Positions 19,866 to 29,628 of a stretch of DNA of 64,000 bases are shown here, piece by piece. The position numbers were made by a program, and so were the translations under genes. The stretch's first letter is position 1; every line of letters starts with the position of its first letter. Below the pieces are notes generated by a model, which was given only the letters and a program-made list of their open reading frames with translations, searched no databases and had not been told where the DNA came from. The DNA lies in the NCBI GenBank assembly GCA_965198065.1, contig CBDAON010000004.1, forward strand, positions 64,001-128,000, written 5' to 3'. Source of the DNA: Longimicrobiales bacterium. GTDB lineage: Bacteria; Gemmatimonadota; Gemmatimonadetes; Longimicrobiales; Gaopeijiaceae.

Positions 19866-21545
19866 GTGACTCAGGGATCGAAGGCGCCTTGGTGGCTCGC
19901 CTTTCCCTTGGTCGCGGTCCTACTCTGGGCGATCCTCTACCCGAACCTGTTCGTGCTCAGGGATTCGGCGTGGGTCGACGGAGCCCTGTCGTTGGAGGGA
20001 TACCGGACGTTCCTCACGAGCCGTGCCGAGCTCGAGGCGCTCTGGGGAAGCCTCTGGATCAGCGCCGGAACCGTGGCCCTGTCGGCGGCCATCGGCATCC
20101 CACTCGGATTCGCGTTCTCGTACTTAGACTTTCCCGGAAGAGCCTTCTTCGGCGCCCTTGCGGCGGTGCCGGTCCTTCTCCCGCCTCTCGTGGGGGTGAT
20201 CGCATTCCTCTTCCTCTACGGGGAGAGCGGGATCCTGACCCGCACGGTGCAGCTCGTCCTGGGGCTGGACAACCCCCCGTGGCGGATGGTCGGTGGGTGG
20301 GCAGTCCTCTTCGTGCACGCGTACACGATGTATGTCTATTTCTATCTCTTCACCACGGCCGGCCTCTCCAGGCTCGATCCGTCGGCCAAGGAGGCCGCCG
20401 AGTCCCTGGGAGCCGGACGCTGGCGTACGCTCTTCTCCGTCACCCTCCCCATGCTCGCTCCGGCCCTCGGTGCCGCCTCGGTCCTGGTCTTCATGACGTC
20501 GATGGCCTCGTTTTCCGCGCCGTACATCTTCGGCGGCGGCTACCGCGTGCTCACGACGCAGATCTTCGCGAGCAAGGTGAACGGGCAGCTCACCATGGCC
20601 GCGGTCGAGACCGTGGGGCTGGCGGCCGCCTCCCTCCTCTTTCTCGTGATCCTCCGAAGGCTCGAGCGGGGCCGCGAGTTCGCGACGGTAGGGAAGGGGT
20701 TGGGTGCCGCCCGGCGCGCCGTCACATCGCGCGCCGCGAGGATAGGCGTGCCCGTTCTGGGCGTGGGTGCCGTCCTCTTGCTCCTGCTCCCGCACCTGAC
20801 CCTCGTGCTCGTGTCGTTCGTGCCCGAGGGTGCTTGGACGACCCAGATCATCCCGACCCGATACTCGCTCGAGAACTACCGGACGCTCTTCTTGAGCGCT
20901 CAGCTCTGGACACCGGTCCTGAACTCTCTCCAGATGGCCTCGATCGCCACGGCCGCGAACTTGGTGTTCTGCTTCCTCCTCGCCTACGTGCTCGTCCGAC
21001 GCAGAATTCGGGGGAAGGGAGCCCTCACGCTCCTCATGATGCTCCCGTGGGCGCTCCCCGGTACCGTCATCGCGATCGCGCTCGCGACTGCGTTCTCGGT
21101 GAGCCAGCCGTGGTTCGGGAGATTCGTCCTCGTGGGCACGTTCTGGATCCTGCCGCTCGCCTACTTCGTGCGAAACGTGCCCCTGGTCGCGCAGGCGGCC
21201 ATGGCCTCGTTCCGGCAATACGACTCCTCCGTTGAGGAGGCCGCGGAGTCGCTCGGCGCGAGCTGGTTCACAGTGATGCGGAGGGTCGCGGTGCCCCTGG
21301 TCCTCCCGGGTCTGGCCGCGGGCGGGCTGCTCGCGTTCGTCACGGCCCTAGGAGAATTCGTCTCGTCGATCCTCTTGTACACGTACCGGTCCCGGCCAAT
21401 CTCGGTCGAGATCCTGTCCCAGCTCCGGGCGTTCGACTTCGGGGCCGCCGCCGCCCTCGGTGTCGTGCTCGCTTTCCTGATGGCCGCCGTCTTCGGGTTC
21501 GGAGAACGATGGGTGAGGGGTGGGATGGTCGGCTCCGGAAGCTGA
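19866..21545 (+). CDS. ABC transporter permease, two repeats (FbpB/AfuB-like); start approximate
   Basis: Two EAA motifs (EAAESLGA x2) and about 12 TM segments. Confidence 0.9.
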   Translation: MTQGSKAPWWLAFPLVAVLLWAILYPNLFVLRDSAWVDGALSLEGYRTFLTSRAELEALWGSLWISAGTVALSAAIGIPLGFAFSYLDFPGRAFFGALAAVPVLLPPLVGVIAFLFLYGESGILTRTVQLVLGLDNPPWRMVGGWAVLFVHAYTMYVYFYLFTTAGLSRLDPSAKEAAESLGAGRWRTLFSVTLPMLAPALGAASVLVFMTSMASFSAPYIFGGGYRVLTTQIFASKVNGQLTMAAVETVGLAAASLLFLVILRRLERGREFATVGKGLGAARRAVTSRAARIGVPVLGVGAVLLLLLPHLTLVLVSFVPEGAWTTQIIPTRYSLENYRTLFLSAQLWTPVLNSLQMASIATAANLVFCFLLAYVLVRRRIRGKGALTLLMMLPWALPGTVIAIALATAFSVSQPWFGRFVLVGTFWILPLAYFVRNVPLVAQAAMASFRQYDSSVEEAAESLGASWFTVMRRVAVPLVLPGLAAGGLLAFVTALGEFVSSILLYTYRSRPISVEILSQLRAFDFGAAAALGVVLAFLMAAVFGFGERWVRGGMVGSGS

Positions 21546-21618
21546 GGCGGCCGCGCAGCCGCCCATGGGAGCGCTCCTGCGGTCGGATACGCCTCCCGAT
21601 GTCGAGCTCGAGTCTCCC

Positions 21619-24600
21619 CTAGATCTCCTCGGTGTCGGGCACGGGTCCCAGGCGCATAAGGAGCTCCCCGGGCGTCACCTCATCCCCCTGACGAACCAGC
21701 ACCTCCTCCACGACTGAGTCACGGGGCGCCGCCACAGCCGTCTCCATTTTCATGGCCTCGGCGATCAGGAGGGGCGCTCCCCGGGGCACGGAATCCCCTG
21801 GATGCACCAGAACCCGAGTGACCTTCCCCGGCATCGTGGCGCCGACCTGCGTCCACTCCCCTGGGTCGGCCTTCGGGCGGAGCAGCGGCGCGTCCGCCAC
21901 CGCCTTCTCGTCCTCGATCCGCACCTCGCGCGCGTGGCCGTTCAGCTCGAAGAGAACGGTCCGCGTCCCGTCGGGTCGCTCCTCTCCCACGGATATGAGT
22001 CGAATGATCAGGACCTTCCCCGGCTCGATCTCGACGGCCACCCGCTCTCCGAGCTCGAGCCCGTAGAAGAACGTCGGCGTGTCGAGCACGGACGTGTCCC
22101 CATACTCGCTCCGATGCTCCACGAACGACCGAAAGACGTCCGGGAAGAGGATGGAGCTCAGGACATCACGGTCGGTGACCTCCCGGGGCACCGCGTCACC
22201 GGCCGTGAGGATCCGGATGTTCTCCCGGATGGGCTCGAAGTCGACCTGGGAAAGGAAGGCGCCCGGGCGATCCGAGAGCGGCTCCTCGCCCTTGAGCACG
22301 GCCGCCTGAAGCTCCATCGGAAACCCGTACGGCGGACGTCCGAGCCGGCCCTTGAGAAGCCCGACGACGGAATCCGGGAAGATGAGCTCCGGTGCCCGGG
22401 CCAGAAGGGTCTCGCCGGTGAGCTCGTTTTGGACCATGAAGAGGGCCAGATCCCCCACGGCTTTGGACGACGGCGTGACCTTGATCAGCTCGCCCAAGAG
22501 GGCGTCGGCCTCCCCGTAGGCGCGGACGACCTCGCGCCAGCGTGTCTTGAAGCCCAGGGCCGCTGCCTGCTGTTTCAGGTTCGTGAACTGACCGCCCGGA
22601 ACCTGGTGGCGGTAAACGCCAGCGTCGGGATGCACGGGGCCACCCTCGAGAAACCCGTAGTATGCCCTCACGGCAGCCCAGTAGTCCTCGAGAGGCTGCA
22701 CAGCGTCCAGGTCGAGCGTGGGCTCCCGCTCCGTTCCGCGAAGCGCGGCGGCGATTGCCCGGAGGCTCGGCTGTGACGTTCCCCCGGCCAGCGCGTCGAT
22801 GCAGCCGTCCACGACGTCGGCTCCGGCGAGAGCCGCCCTGGCGGCGGTGGCGACTCCCACTCCGGCGCTGTCGTGCGTGTGGAGGTGCACCGGGATGCCG
22901 ATGGCCTCCTTCAGGGCGCTGACCAGCCGGTGGGCTGCCTCCGGCTTCAGGAGGCCCGCCATGTCCTTGATCCCCAGAATGTGCGCCCCCGCACCCTCGA
23001 GCTCGCGTGCCAGGTCCACGTAATAGCTCAGGTCGTACTTCTTTCGGCCCTTCTCCAGGAGGTCACCCGTGTAGCAAAGGGCCACCTCCGCCACCTTCCC
23101 CTCTGCCCTCACGGCGTCAATTGCGACGCGCATATTGGGGAGCCAGTTCAGGGAATCGAAGATCCGGAAGATGTCGACCCCCGCTGCGGCCGCCTCCCGC
23201 ACGAACGCCCGAACCACGTTGTCCGGGTACGCCGAGTACCCAAGCAGGCTCTGCCCCCGGAGGAGCATCTGGAGGAGGACGTGGGGGATCTTCTCCCGGG
23301 TGGCCGCAAGCCTCTCCCACGGATCTTCCTTGAGGAAGCGGTAGGCCGTATCGAAGGTGGCACCGCCCCAGACCTCCATCGAGAACAGGTCCGCTGCGAG
23401 CCGCCCGGTCGCCTCCGCGATCCGAAGGAGATCCGCGCTCCGCATGCGGGTGGCAAGGAGGGACTGGTGGGCATCCCGGAACGTCGTGTCGGTGAGGACG
23501 ACCGGCCCATGGGCGAGCAGGCGATCCGAGAGGGCCTCCGGCCCCCGCTCGTCCAGGCATGTCTTCAGGGTGTCCGCCGGCGGCCGCCAATCGGGTCGAA
23601 AGGCCGGCACGGGAACGGGTCTGAACGCGGGCTTCTGGCGGGCTCGGGGGCCGCCTTCCTGACCGTTCACGACGATGCGCCCGATGTAACGCAGCAGGCG
23701 AGTCCCCCGATCCTTCCGCGGCCGGAAGTCGAAGAGCTCTTCGTGATCCTCGACGAACCCGGTGTCCACCCGCCCCGCGAGGAAGTCCGGGTGGGTGACG
23801 ACGTTCTCGAGGAAGGGGATGTTCGTCTTCACCCCCCGAATCCGGAACTCCGCGAGGGCCCGGTGCATCTTCTGCGCCGCGTCCTCGAAGCGGAGCGCGG
23901 TCGTGCACACCTTCACGAGAAGCGAGTCGTAGTGCGGGCTAATGTAGGCCCCCGAGAACGCGGTCGCTCCATCCAGCCGCACGCCGAAGCCGCCCGGTGA
24001 TCGGTAGTGCGCGATCCGTCCAGCGTCCGGAAGGAAGTCGCGCTCCGGGTCCTCCGTCGTCACACGGCATTGGATCGCGAACCCCCTCGCATCCGGGATC
24101 GGGTCCGGCAGGCCCGCGCTCGCGAGATCGTGCCCTTCAGCGATCCGGATCTGCGCCTGCACGATATCCACGCCCAGCACCAGCTCCGTGACCGTGTGCT
24201 CGACCTGAATGCGGGGGTTCACTTCGATAAAGTGGAAGGCGCCCGGTTCCTCGACGAGGAACTCGACCGTGCCCGCCCCACGGTATCTGGTGCCGTCCAT
24301 GAGCGTCTTGGCCGCCGCGCAGACCGCGCGTTGGATCTCTTCCGAGAGCCCGACCGCCGGTGCGACCTCGATCACCTTCTGGTGCCGGCGTTGAATGGAG
24401 CAGTCCCGTTCCCAGAGGTGCTCGATCTGTCCCGCGGCGTCCCCGAGCACCTGTACCTCGATGTGCCGGGGGCGCTGGAGGAAGCGTTCCAAGTAGACGG
24501 TGCCGTCTCCGAACGACGCCTCCGCCTCTCGCCGGGCCACCGGAAAGACAGTCTCGAGCTCCGCCGGGTCCCGAGCCACACGCATCCCGCGTCCCCCACC

Positions 24601-25095
24601 TCCCGCCGCCGCCTTCACGATCACGGGAAAGCCCGCGCTCCTGGCGAAGGCCAGCGCCTCCTCCGCCGTGTCCACCCGATCATCGGTTCCGGGAAGCGTG
24701 GGTACGCCCCGCGAGCGGGCCAGCTCGCGAGCGCGGAGCTTGTCCCCGAAGAGCTCGAGGTGCTCTGGGGACGGCCCGATGAACGCCAGGCCCTCCTCCG
24801 CGCAACGCCGGGCGAACGCCGGGTTTTCTGCGAGGAACCCGTACCCCGGATGGATGGCATCTACCCGACGCTCGACCGCGAGCGCCAGGATCGCCTCGAT
24901 GTTCAGGTACGACTCGACCGGCCCACCCGCATGCTGGAGGAGGTAGGCCTCGTCCGCCTTGTATCGGTGGAGAGCGAGGGAGTCCTCCTCGCTGTAGATC
25001 GCGACGGTGCGCTTGCCGAGCTCCGTGCAGGCGCGGAAAACCCGAATGGCGATCTCGCCGCGATTCGTGACGAGGACGCGACGAAAGTCCTTCAC
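21619..25095 (-). CDS. pyc: Pyruvate carboxylase
   Basis: NRGEIAIR, HPGYGFLAEN, RDCSIQRRHQK, RDAHQSLLATR, HLHTHD, biotin motif EAMKME; GTG start. Confidence 0.97.
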   Translation of the reverse strand: MKDFRRVLVTNRGEIAIRVFRACTELGKRTVAIYSEEDSLALHRYKADEAYLLQHAGGPVESYLNIEAILALAVERRVDAIHPGYGFLAENPAFARRCAEEGLAFIGPSPEHLELFGDKLRARELARSRGVPTLPGTDDRVDTAEEALAFARSAGFPVIVKAAAGGGGRGMRVARDPAELETVFPVARREAEASFGDGTVYLERFLQRPRHIEVQVLGDAAGQIEHLWERDCSIQRRHQKVIEVAPAVGLSEEIQRAVCAAAKTLMDGTRYRGAGTVEFLVEEPGAFHFIEVNPRIQVEHTVTELVLGVDIVQAQIRIAEGHDLASAGLPDPIPDARGFAIQCRVTTEDPERDFLPDAGRIAHYRSPGGFGVRLDGATAFSGAYISPHYDSLLVKVCTTALRFEDAAQKMHRALAEFRIRGVKTNIPFLENVVTHPDFLAGRVDTGFVEDHEELFDFRPRKDRGTRLLRYIGRIVVNGQEGGPRARQKPAFRPVPVPAFRPDWRPPADTLKTCLDERGPEALSDRLLAHGPVVLTDTTFRDAHQSLLATRMRSADLLRIAEATGRLAADLFSMEVWGGATFDTAYRFLKEDPWERLAATREKIPHVLLQMLLRGQSLLGYSAYPDNVVRAFVREAAAAGVDIFRIFDSLNWLPNMRVAIDAVRAEGKVAEVALCYTGDLLEKGRKKYDLSYYVDLARELEGAGAHILGIKDMAGLLKPEAAHRLVSALKEAIGIPVHLHTHDSAGVGVATAARAALAGADVVDGCIDALAGGTSQPSLRAIAAALRGTEREPTLDLDAVQPLEDYWAAVRAYYGFLEGGPVHPDAGVYRHQVPGGQFTNLKQQAAALGFKTRWREVVRAYGEADALLGELIKVTPSSKAVGDLALFMVQNELTGETLLARAPELIFPDSVVGLLKGRLGRPPYGFPMELQAAVLKGEEPLSDRPGAFLSQVDFEPIRENIRILTAGDAVPREVTDRDVLSSILFPDVFRSFVEHRSEYGDTSVLDTPTFFYGLELGERVAVEIEPGKVLIIRLISVGEERPDGTRTVLFELNGHAREVRIEDEKAVADAPLLRPKADPGEWTQVGATMPGKVTRVLVHPGDSVPRGAPLLIAEAMKMETAVAAPRDSVVEEVLVRQGDEVTPGELLMRLGPVPDTEEI

Positions 25096-25124
25096 GTTGG
25101 CGCCGGCAAGGACCCCTCGGGCGC

Positions 25125-26138
25125 TCAGAAGATGGCGAGCGGGTTCAGGGGAGAGCCTGTGGCTCCCGGAACGGCGAGCGGAGCGGCCACGAGCAGGAAC
25201 TCCCAACGCTGATGCTCTTGCGCGGCCGCGGCCAGCGCCTCGAGGTCCAGGTTGTCGAACAGGGGAAGCCCCATGGCCACCAGGGCGAGCTGGTGGATCG
25301 GCATCGAGACGCCTTCCACGCCTGAGGGGAGCACGTCGTTCGTGTAGTCACTGCCGAGCACGGCGACCTGACGCTGGTGAAGCCACGCTGCGACCGACGC
25401 GTGCAGCCCCGCGGCGAGGCGGCCGGTGGCCCAGGGACCCTCGACGTCGCGGCGCGCCCACCGACCGCTTCGGATCAACACGACGTCCCCGCTCCGGATG
25501 GTGATTCCGGTCTCGGCCTCCCAGGCCTCCAGGTCTTGCACGAGGATCGGTGTGCCGGGCTCGAGATAGTCCAGCCCCCGAAGGCGCGCGACGTCGACCA
25601 GGACTCCCCGTGTGACGATCCCGCTCTTGGCCGCAGTAATGGCCAGGCGTCCACAGCCGTTGTCCTGATCGTAGGCGTCTCTCGAGAAGCCGTTGTACAT
25701 GATGCCCTGGCTTGCCATGTGGCACAGCGCATCCAGGTGGCTGTGCGCATATCCGTGATACGACACCTCGAACCGGTCGCTCACGAACGAGCCAGCCCCC
25801 GTGCTGAGGAGCTCGTGCCCGAAGGGTGAGGTCGCGTCGGCAGCCTCCTCCTTGATGTAGTCGTGGGACAGGGACACCGAGACCCCCGTCCGAACCAGCC
25901 GCGTGGCCGCGACGCTCACCTGGGGCGTAATGAAGTTCAGGGTCCCCCGCTCGTCGGCGCGCCCCCAGCGACCCGCGTTCGAGAGCTCCACCATCCAGCG
26001 CTCGACAGTCTCGCTCGTGACCGCGGGCGGCTCCTGCGCCCGGGCCGGAGAGAGGGGGATCGTGGCCGCGAGGGCCAGGAAGGCGACCGCTCCGATGGAC
26101 GGGGAACGTCCCGTCCGCTCCTCCCATCGAGTGCTCAT
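25125..26138 (-). CDS. Secreted cyclase-family (kynurenine formamidase-like) metallohydrolase
   Basis: Signal peptide (ARA-Q), GRWG..DERGTLN, HGYAHSHLDALCH, GSPLNPLAIF. Confidence 0.85.
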   Translation of the reverse strand: MSTRWEERTGRSPSIGAVAFLALAATIPLSPARAQEPPAVTSETVERWMVELSNAGRWGRADERGTLNFITPQVSVAATRLVRTGVSVSLSHDYIKEEAADATSPFGHELLSTGAGSFVSDRFEVSYHGYAHSHLDALCHMASQGIMYNGFSRDAYDQDNGCGRLAITAAKSGIVTRGVLVDVARLRGLDYLEPGTPILVQDLEAWEAETGITIRSGDVVLIRSGRWARRDVEGPWATGRLAAGLHASVAAWLHQRQVAVLGSDYTNDVLPSGVEGVSMPIHQLALVAMGLPLFDNLDLEALAAAAQEHQRWEFLLVAAPLAVPGATGSPLNPLAIF

Positions 26139-26311
26139 CTTTCCCCCTCCCCTGCCCGCGTCATTACGCGTGGCGTAGAGACAATTTCGTCCGACCGGCC
26201 TTCCTGGCAGACAGTCCTCGCCGACAGTAGGAGGGGCGCGTCCCGGCAGCAAGGGAGGGCGGCCGGGTGTGGAGGAACACGCGACCGGGGACGGACGGGC
26301 ATGCGAAGACG

Positions 26312-26989
26312 TCAGGCCATTCCCCCGAGGTAAAGGAAGAACACCCATTTCGCGAGGGTGAGGGCAAGCCAGACCGTGCCCACGGAGACGAGGGCGGCGC
26401 GGAGCGGAAGTCCCGGTCCGTTCTCGAGCGCGAGGATGAAGATGCCCGCCCACGCCAGATCGAATACGGAGACCTGGGTGGCGAGGAGGTACACCGCTCC
26501 CGGAACGTCGCTCCCCAACCTGAGCAGGCCGGCCAGGGAGCCCGGTAGCTCTTGGGGCAGTCCCTGAAGAAGCGCGGCGGGAGGGAGCCCGGCCAGCCAG
26601 TGCGTCTGGACGATGCTGCCCGCCAGGAGGGCGAAATGGGCCCATAGGGCCGCGCGAAAGATCCGTCCGATCGGAGGGTTTCGGATCCACGGGAGGAGCG
26701 CGAGCTGGACGATGAGGGACACGAGCCCTGCTCGTACGACGACTCCGACGGGCGCGAGCAGGTAGGTCAGGCGCTCCCACCGGCGGGCCGCCTCGACACC
26801 TGCTGATCCGGCCCCAAGGAGGGCGGGGAAGAGGTCGTCCCCGATCACGATCCGGTTCATGTACGCCACCGAGGCTACCTGGAGGCCAGCCATTAGGACC
26901 ACGAGCTGCCAGGTGAGGAGCCGGGGCGCCGTGGAGGCGTCCGCGTCCGGCGCGCGAAGGTCGTCCGACCCGTCAGGCCCCGCGGTCAC
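26312..26989 (-). CDS. Hypothetical multi-pass membrane protein (Yip1-like topology), last gene of the peptide-export operon
   Basis: About 5 hydrophobic segments; start overlaps the end of the C39 exporter. Confidence 0.6.
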   Translation of the reverse strand: MTAGPDGSDDLRAPDADASTAPRLLTWQLVVLMAGLQVASVAYMNRIVIGDDLFPALLGAGSAGVEAARRWERLTYLLAPVGVVVRAGLVSLIVQLALLPWIRNPPIGRIFRAALWAHFALLAGSIVQTHWLAGLPPAALLQGLPQELPGSLAGLLRLGSDVPGAVYLLATQVSVFDLAWAGIFILALENGPGLPLRAALVSVGTVWLALTLAKWVFFLYLGGMA

Positions 26990-28882
26990 CGTGGCTCCTC
27001 ACCTGAACGGGGACGTTACGAACAAGCTGGCGGATCTCGCCAGGACGGCCCTCGCCCCTGACCCGTCCGGCCTCGAGCAGGTAGACGTGGTCGGATCGAT
27101 CAAGAACGTGGGCATCGTGGGACACGACCAGCACCGCGTGTCCGACCGCATATGCAGTCAGCGCCTCCATCAGCACAGTGGCCAGCCGCCCGTCGATGGC
27201 ACCGAGCGCCTCGTCCACGAGGAGCACCTCCGGCGTGGTGGCCACGGCCCTGAGGAAGCCGACGATCTGCCGCTCGCCGCCGGACAGGCGTCGGCCGTCC
27301 TCACCCACCCGGGTGTCCCATCCGGCCGGGAAGCGGGTGAGGAAAGAGGCCAGCCCGAAGCCCGCGGCCCAGGCCGTGAGCCCATTCAGGCGTTCCGGAT
27401 CGCGACCGAGCAGGACGTTGTGACCCAACGTCCCGCGAAAGATTCGCGGGCTGCCGGGGCAGAGGGCGATGCGCTTCCGGTACTCTCCGAGCGCGTACTC
27501 CTCGGCCGGCGCGCCGTCCACCAGCAGGCGCCCCGCGGTGAGCGGGATGAGCCGCGCCAGGGCCCGCATCAGGGTGGTCTTGCCGGCGCCGTTCGGGCCG
27601 AATAACGCCGTGAGCCGGCCGCGGGAGACCACGAGGTCGATCCCTTCCAGCACGGGACGCCCCGGGGGCCACTCGACCGTGGCGTCCCTCAGCCGGAGCT
27701 CTCGCGTGACCCGGAGTGGCGTCCGCCCCCCTTCGAGCGTCTCGGGCCGGGCCAGGACCACGTCGAGGAGCCGGTGGGCCGATACCGACGCCTCCTGGAA
27801 GGTCCCCACGGCACCCACGAGACGGTCAGCGGAAGGAAGCATCCCCCCGAGAAGGGAATAGCCGGCCACTAACTCGCCCAGTCGCAGGGTCCCTGAGTCG
27901 CCACGTGGCCCCGAGAAGAAGAGTCACGTAGACGGGAACCGCGGCGAGCGCCAGCACCGCCAGGGGCGGAGCGAGGACGGCGAGGAGCACGAGGGATCCG
28001 GCAACCACGAGGCCGTCGATGATGACCGTCCCGAGCATCTCCGCAAGCGGCGTCCTGAACCCGGACCGCCTCGGCTAGGCGGACCGTGACGTCGCCGGTC
28101 GCGCGACTCTCGAAGAACCGGAGGGGGAGCCGGAAGAGGCGCGCGAGAAAGTCCTGATTCATCCGGCTGCTCACGGCGCACTGAAGTGAGATCAGAAGCC
28201 CTCTACGCACATGGCCCAGGAACGTGCGGAGGACGAGCAGCGCCAGCAGGAGCTCGCCCGTCGCCGCGATCATGAGCGGGTCCCCCTCGGGGATGAACCG
28301 GTCGATGATCTGCTGGACACAGAGAGCCGTCACGAGCCCCAGGGCCGTGCCCGTGGCCCCGAGAAAGACGGACTGGACGATCCAGGCGCCGTGGCCACGG
28401 GCGTACCCCGCCAGCCATGGGATCCAGCTTCCCGGGGGCGCCCGGCGGAGCTGGGCCGTGGGCTCGAGGAGCAGAGCCGCGCGGCTGGTCCAGAGACGCT
28501 CCATCTCCCGGCGCTGCAGGGTCTTTGGGCCCGCCGACGGGTCTCCTAGGGAGACTCGATGCGCATCCGCGTTCCACCAGACCGCGTAGTGCGCGTCACC
28601 CTCGCTCGAGGTGAGGTGAACAATGCACGGGAAAGGCTGACGGGAGACCACCTCGTCGTACGAGCCGCGAACGCCTCGCGCCTCGAATCCGAGGGCCTCC
28701 GCGGCCCGTTTGAGCCCCCAGAGGGTCGTCCCCTGCGCATCGGTGAGCGCGAGCTCCCGTACCTCGACCAGGCTCGTATCGCCGCCCCAGTAGCGGAGGA
28801 TCGTGAGCAGGGAAGCGGGCCCGCAGTCCGTCGGCTCATGCTGCCGAACGAGAGGGCGCCGCCTAGGGAAGACGCGGATCAC
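26973..28882 (-). pseudogene. Peptidase C39-containing ABC exporter (PCAT, SunT/LanT/ComA type); frameshifts at about 28045 and 27885 with an internal TMD deletion
   Basis: RQHEPTDCGPASL, AHYAV, GDPS (Cys-His-Asp); LPLRFFESRATGD; GPNGAGKTT, LSGGERQ, LLVDE, VSHD; split over three frames. Confidence 0.88.
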
Positions 28883-29628
28883 GGGCCTCCTCCCGTGATC
28901 CGCAGGAAGACGTCCTCAAGAGCCTCGCTCCCGTCGGTTCCGTGCCGTTGGCGGAGCTCGTCCGGCGTACCCTCGAACCGGAGCGCCCCGTCGTGGAGGA
29001 TCGCCAGCCGATCCGCGAGACCCTCCACGATCTCGAGCACGTGTGTGGTAAAGAGGACGGCCCGCCCGCGGTCACGCATAGAGATCACGGTCTCCTTCAC
29101 CCGGCGTGCGCTGGCCACATCCAGTGTGTTGGTGGGCTCGTCTAGGATGAGGACCTCCGGCTCGTGCACTGTCGCGGCAAGGAACGCGACCTGCTTTCGC
29201 ATGCCCGCCGAGTAGGTCCGGATCGGGGCGTCTGCGACCTCTGCCAGCCCGAAGGTCTGGATCCCTCGCTCAATTGCCGCCGCCCGCTCGGACCGTACGC
29301 CGCGCAGCTCGAGGATGAACTCCAGGAGCTCCCGGCCCGTCAGCTGCGGATAGAGCACGGGAGTCTCGGGCAGGTATCCAACGCGTCTGCGGGCCCGATG
29401 GATTTCCGAGGAGCGGAGGCTCGATCCCAGGATCCGGGCGTCCCCGGATGTCGGGTTTCGGAGTCCCATCAGGAGGTGCAGGGTCGTCGTTTTGCCCGCT
29501 CCATTCCGCCCCAGGAGGCAGATGCACGTGGCGGGGGGCAACGTGAATGTGAGGCGGTCCACCGCCGCCCGGGCACCGTAGCGCTTGGTCAGCCCGACGG
29601 TCTCGATCGGGATGGGTTGAGGCGTCAA
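28879..29628 (-). CDS. ABC-2 type transporter ATP-binding protein
   Basis: GRNGAGKTT, YSAGMRKQ, ILDEPT, TTHVLE; TTG start overlaps the upstream stop; stop overlaps the PCAT start. Confidence 0.9.
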   Translation of the reverse strand: MTPQPIPIETVGLTKRYGARAAVDRLTFTLPPATCICLLGRNGAGKTTTLHLLMGLRNPTSGDARILGSSLRSSEIHRARRRVGYLPETPVLYPQLTGRELLEFILELRGVRSERAAAIERGIQTFGLAEVADAPIRTYSAGMRKQVAFLAATVHEPEVLILDEPTNTLDVASARRVKETVISMRDRGRAVLFTTHVLEIVEGLADRLAILHDGALRFEGTPDELRQRHGTDGSEALEDVFLRITGGGP

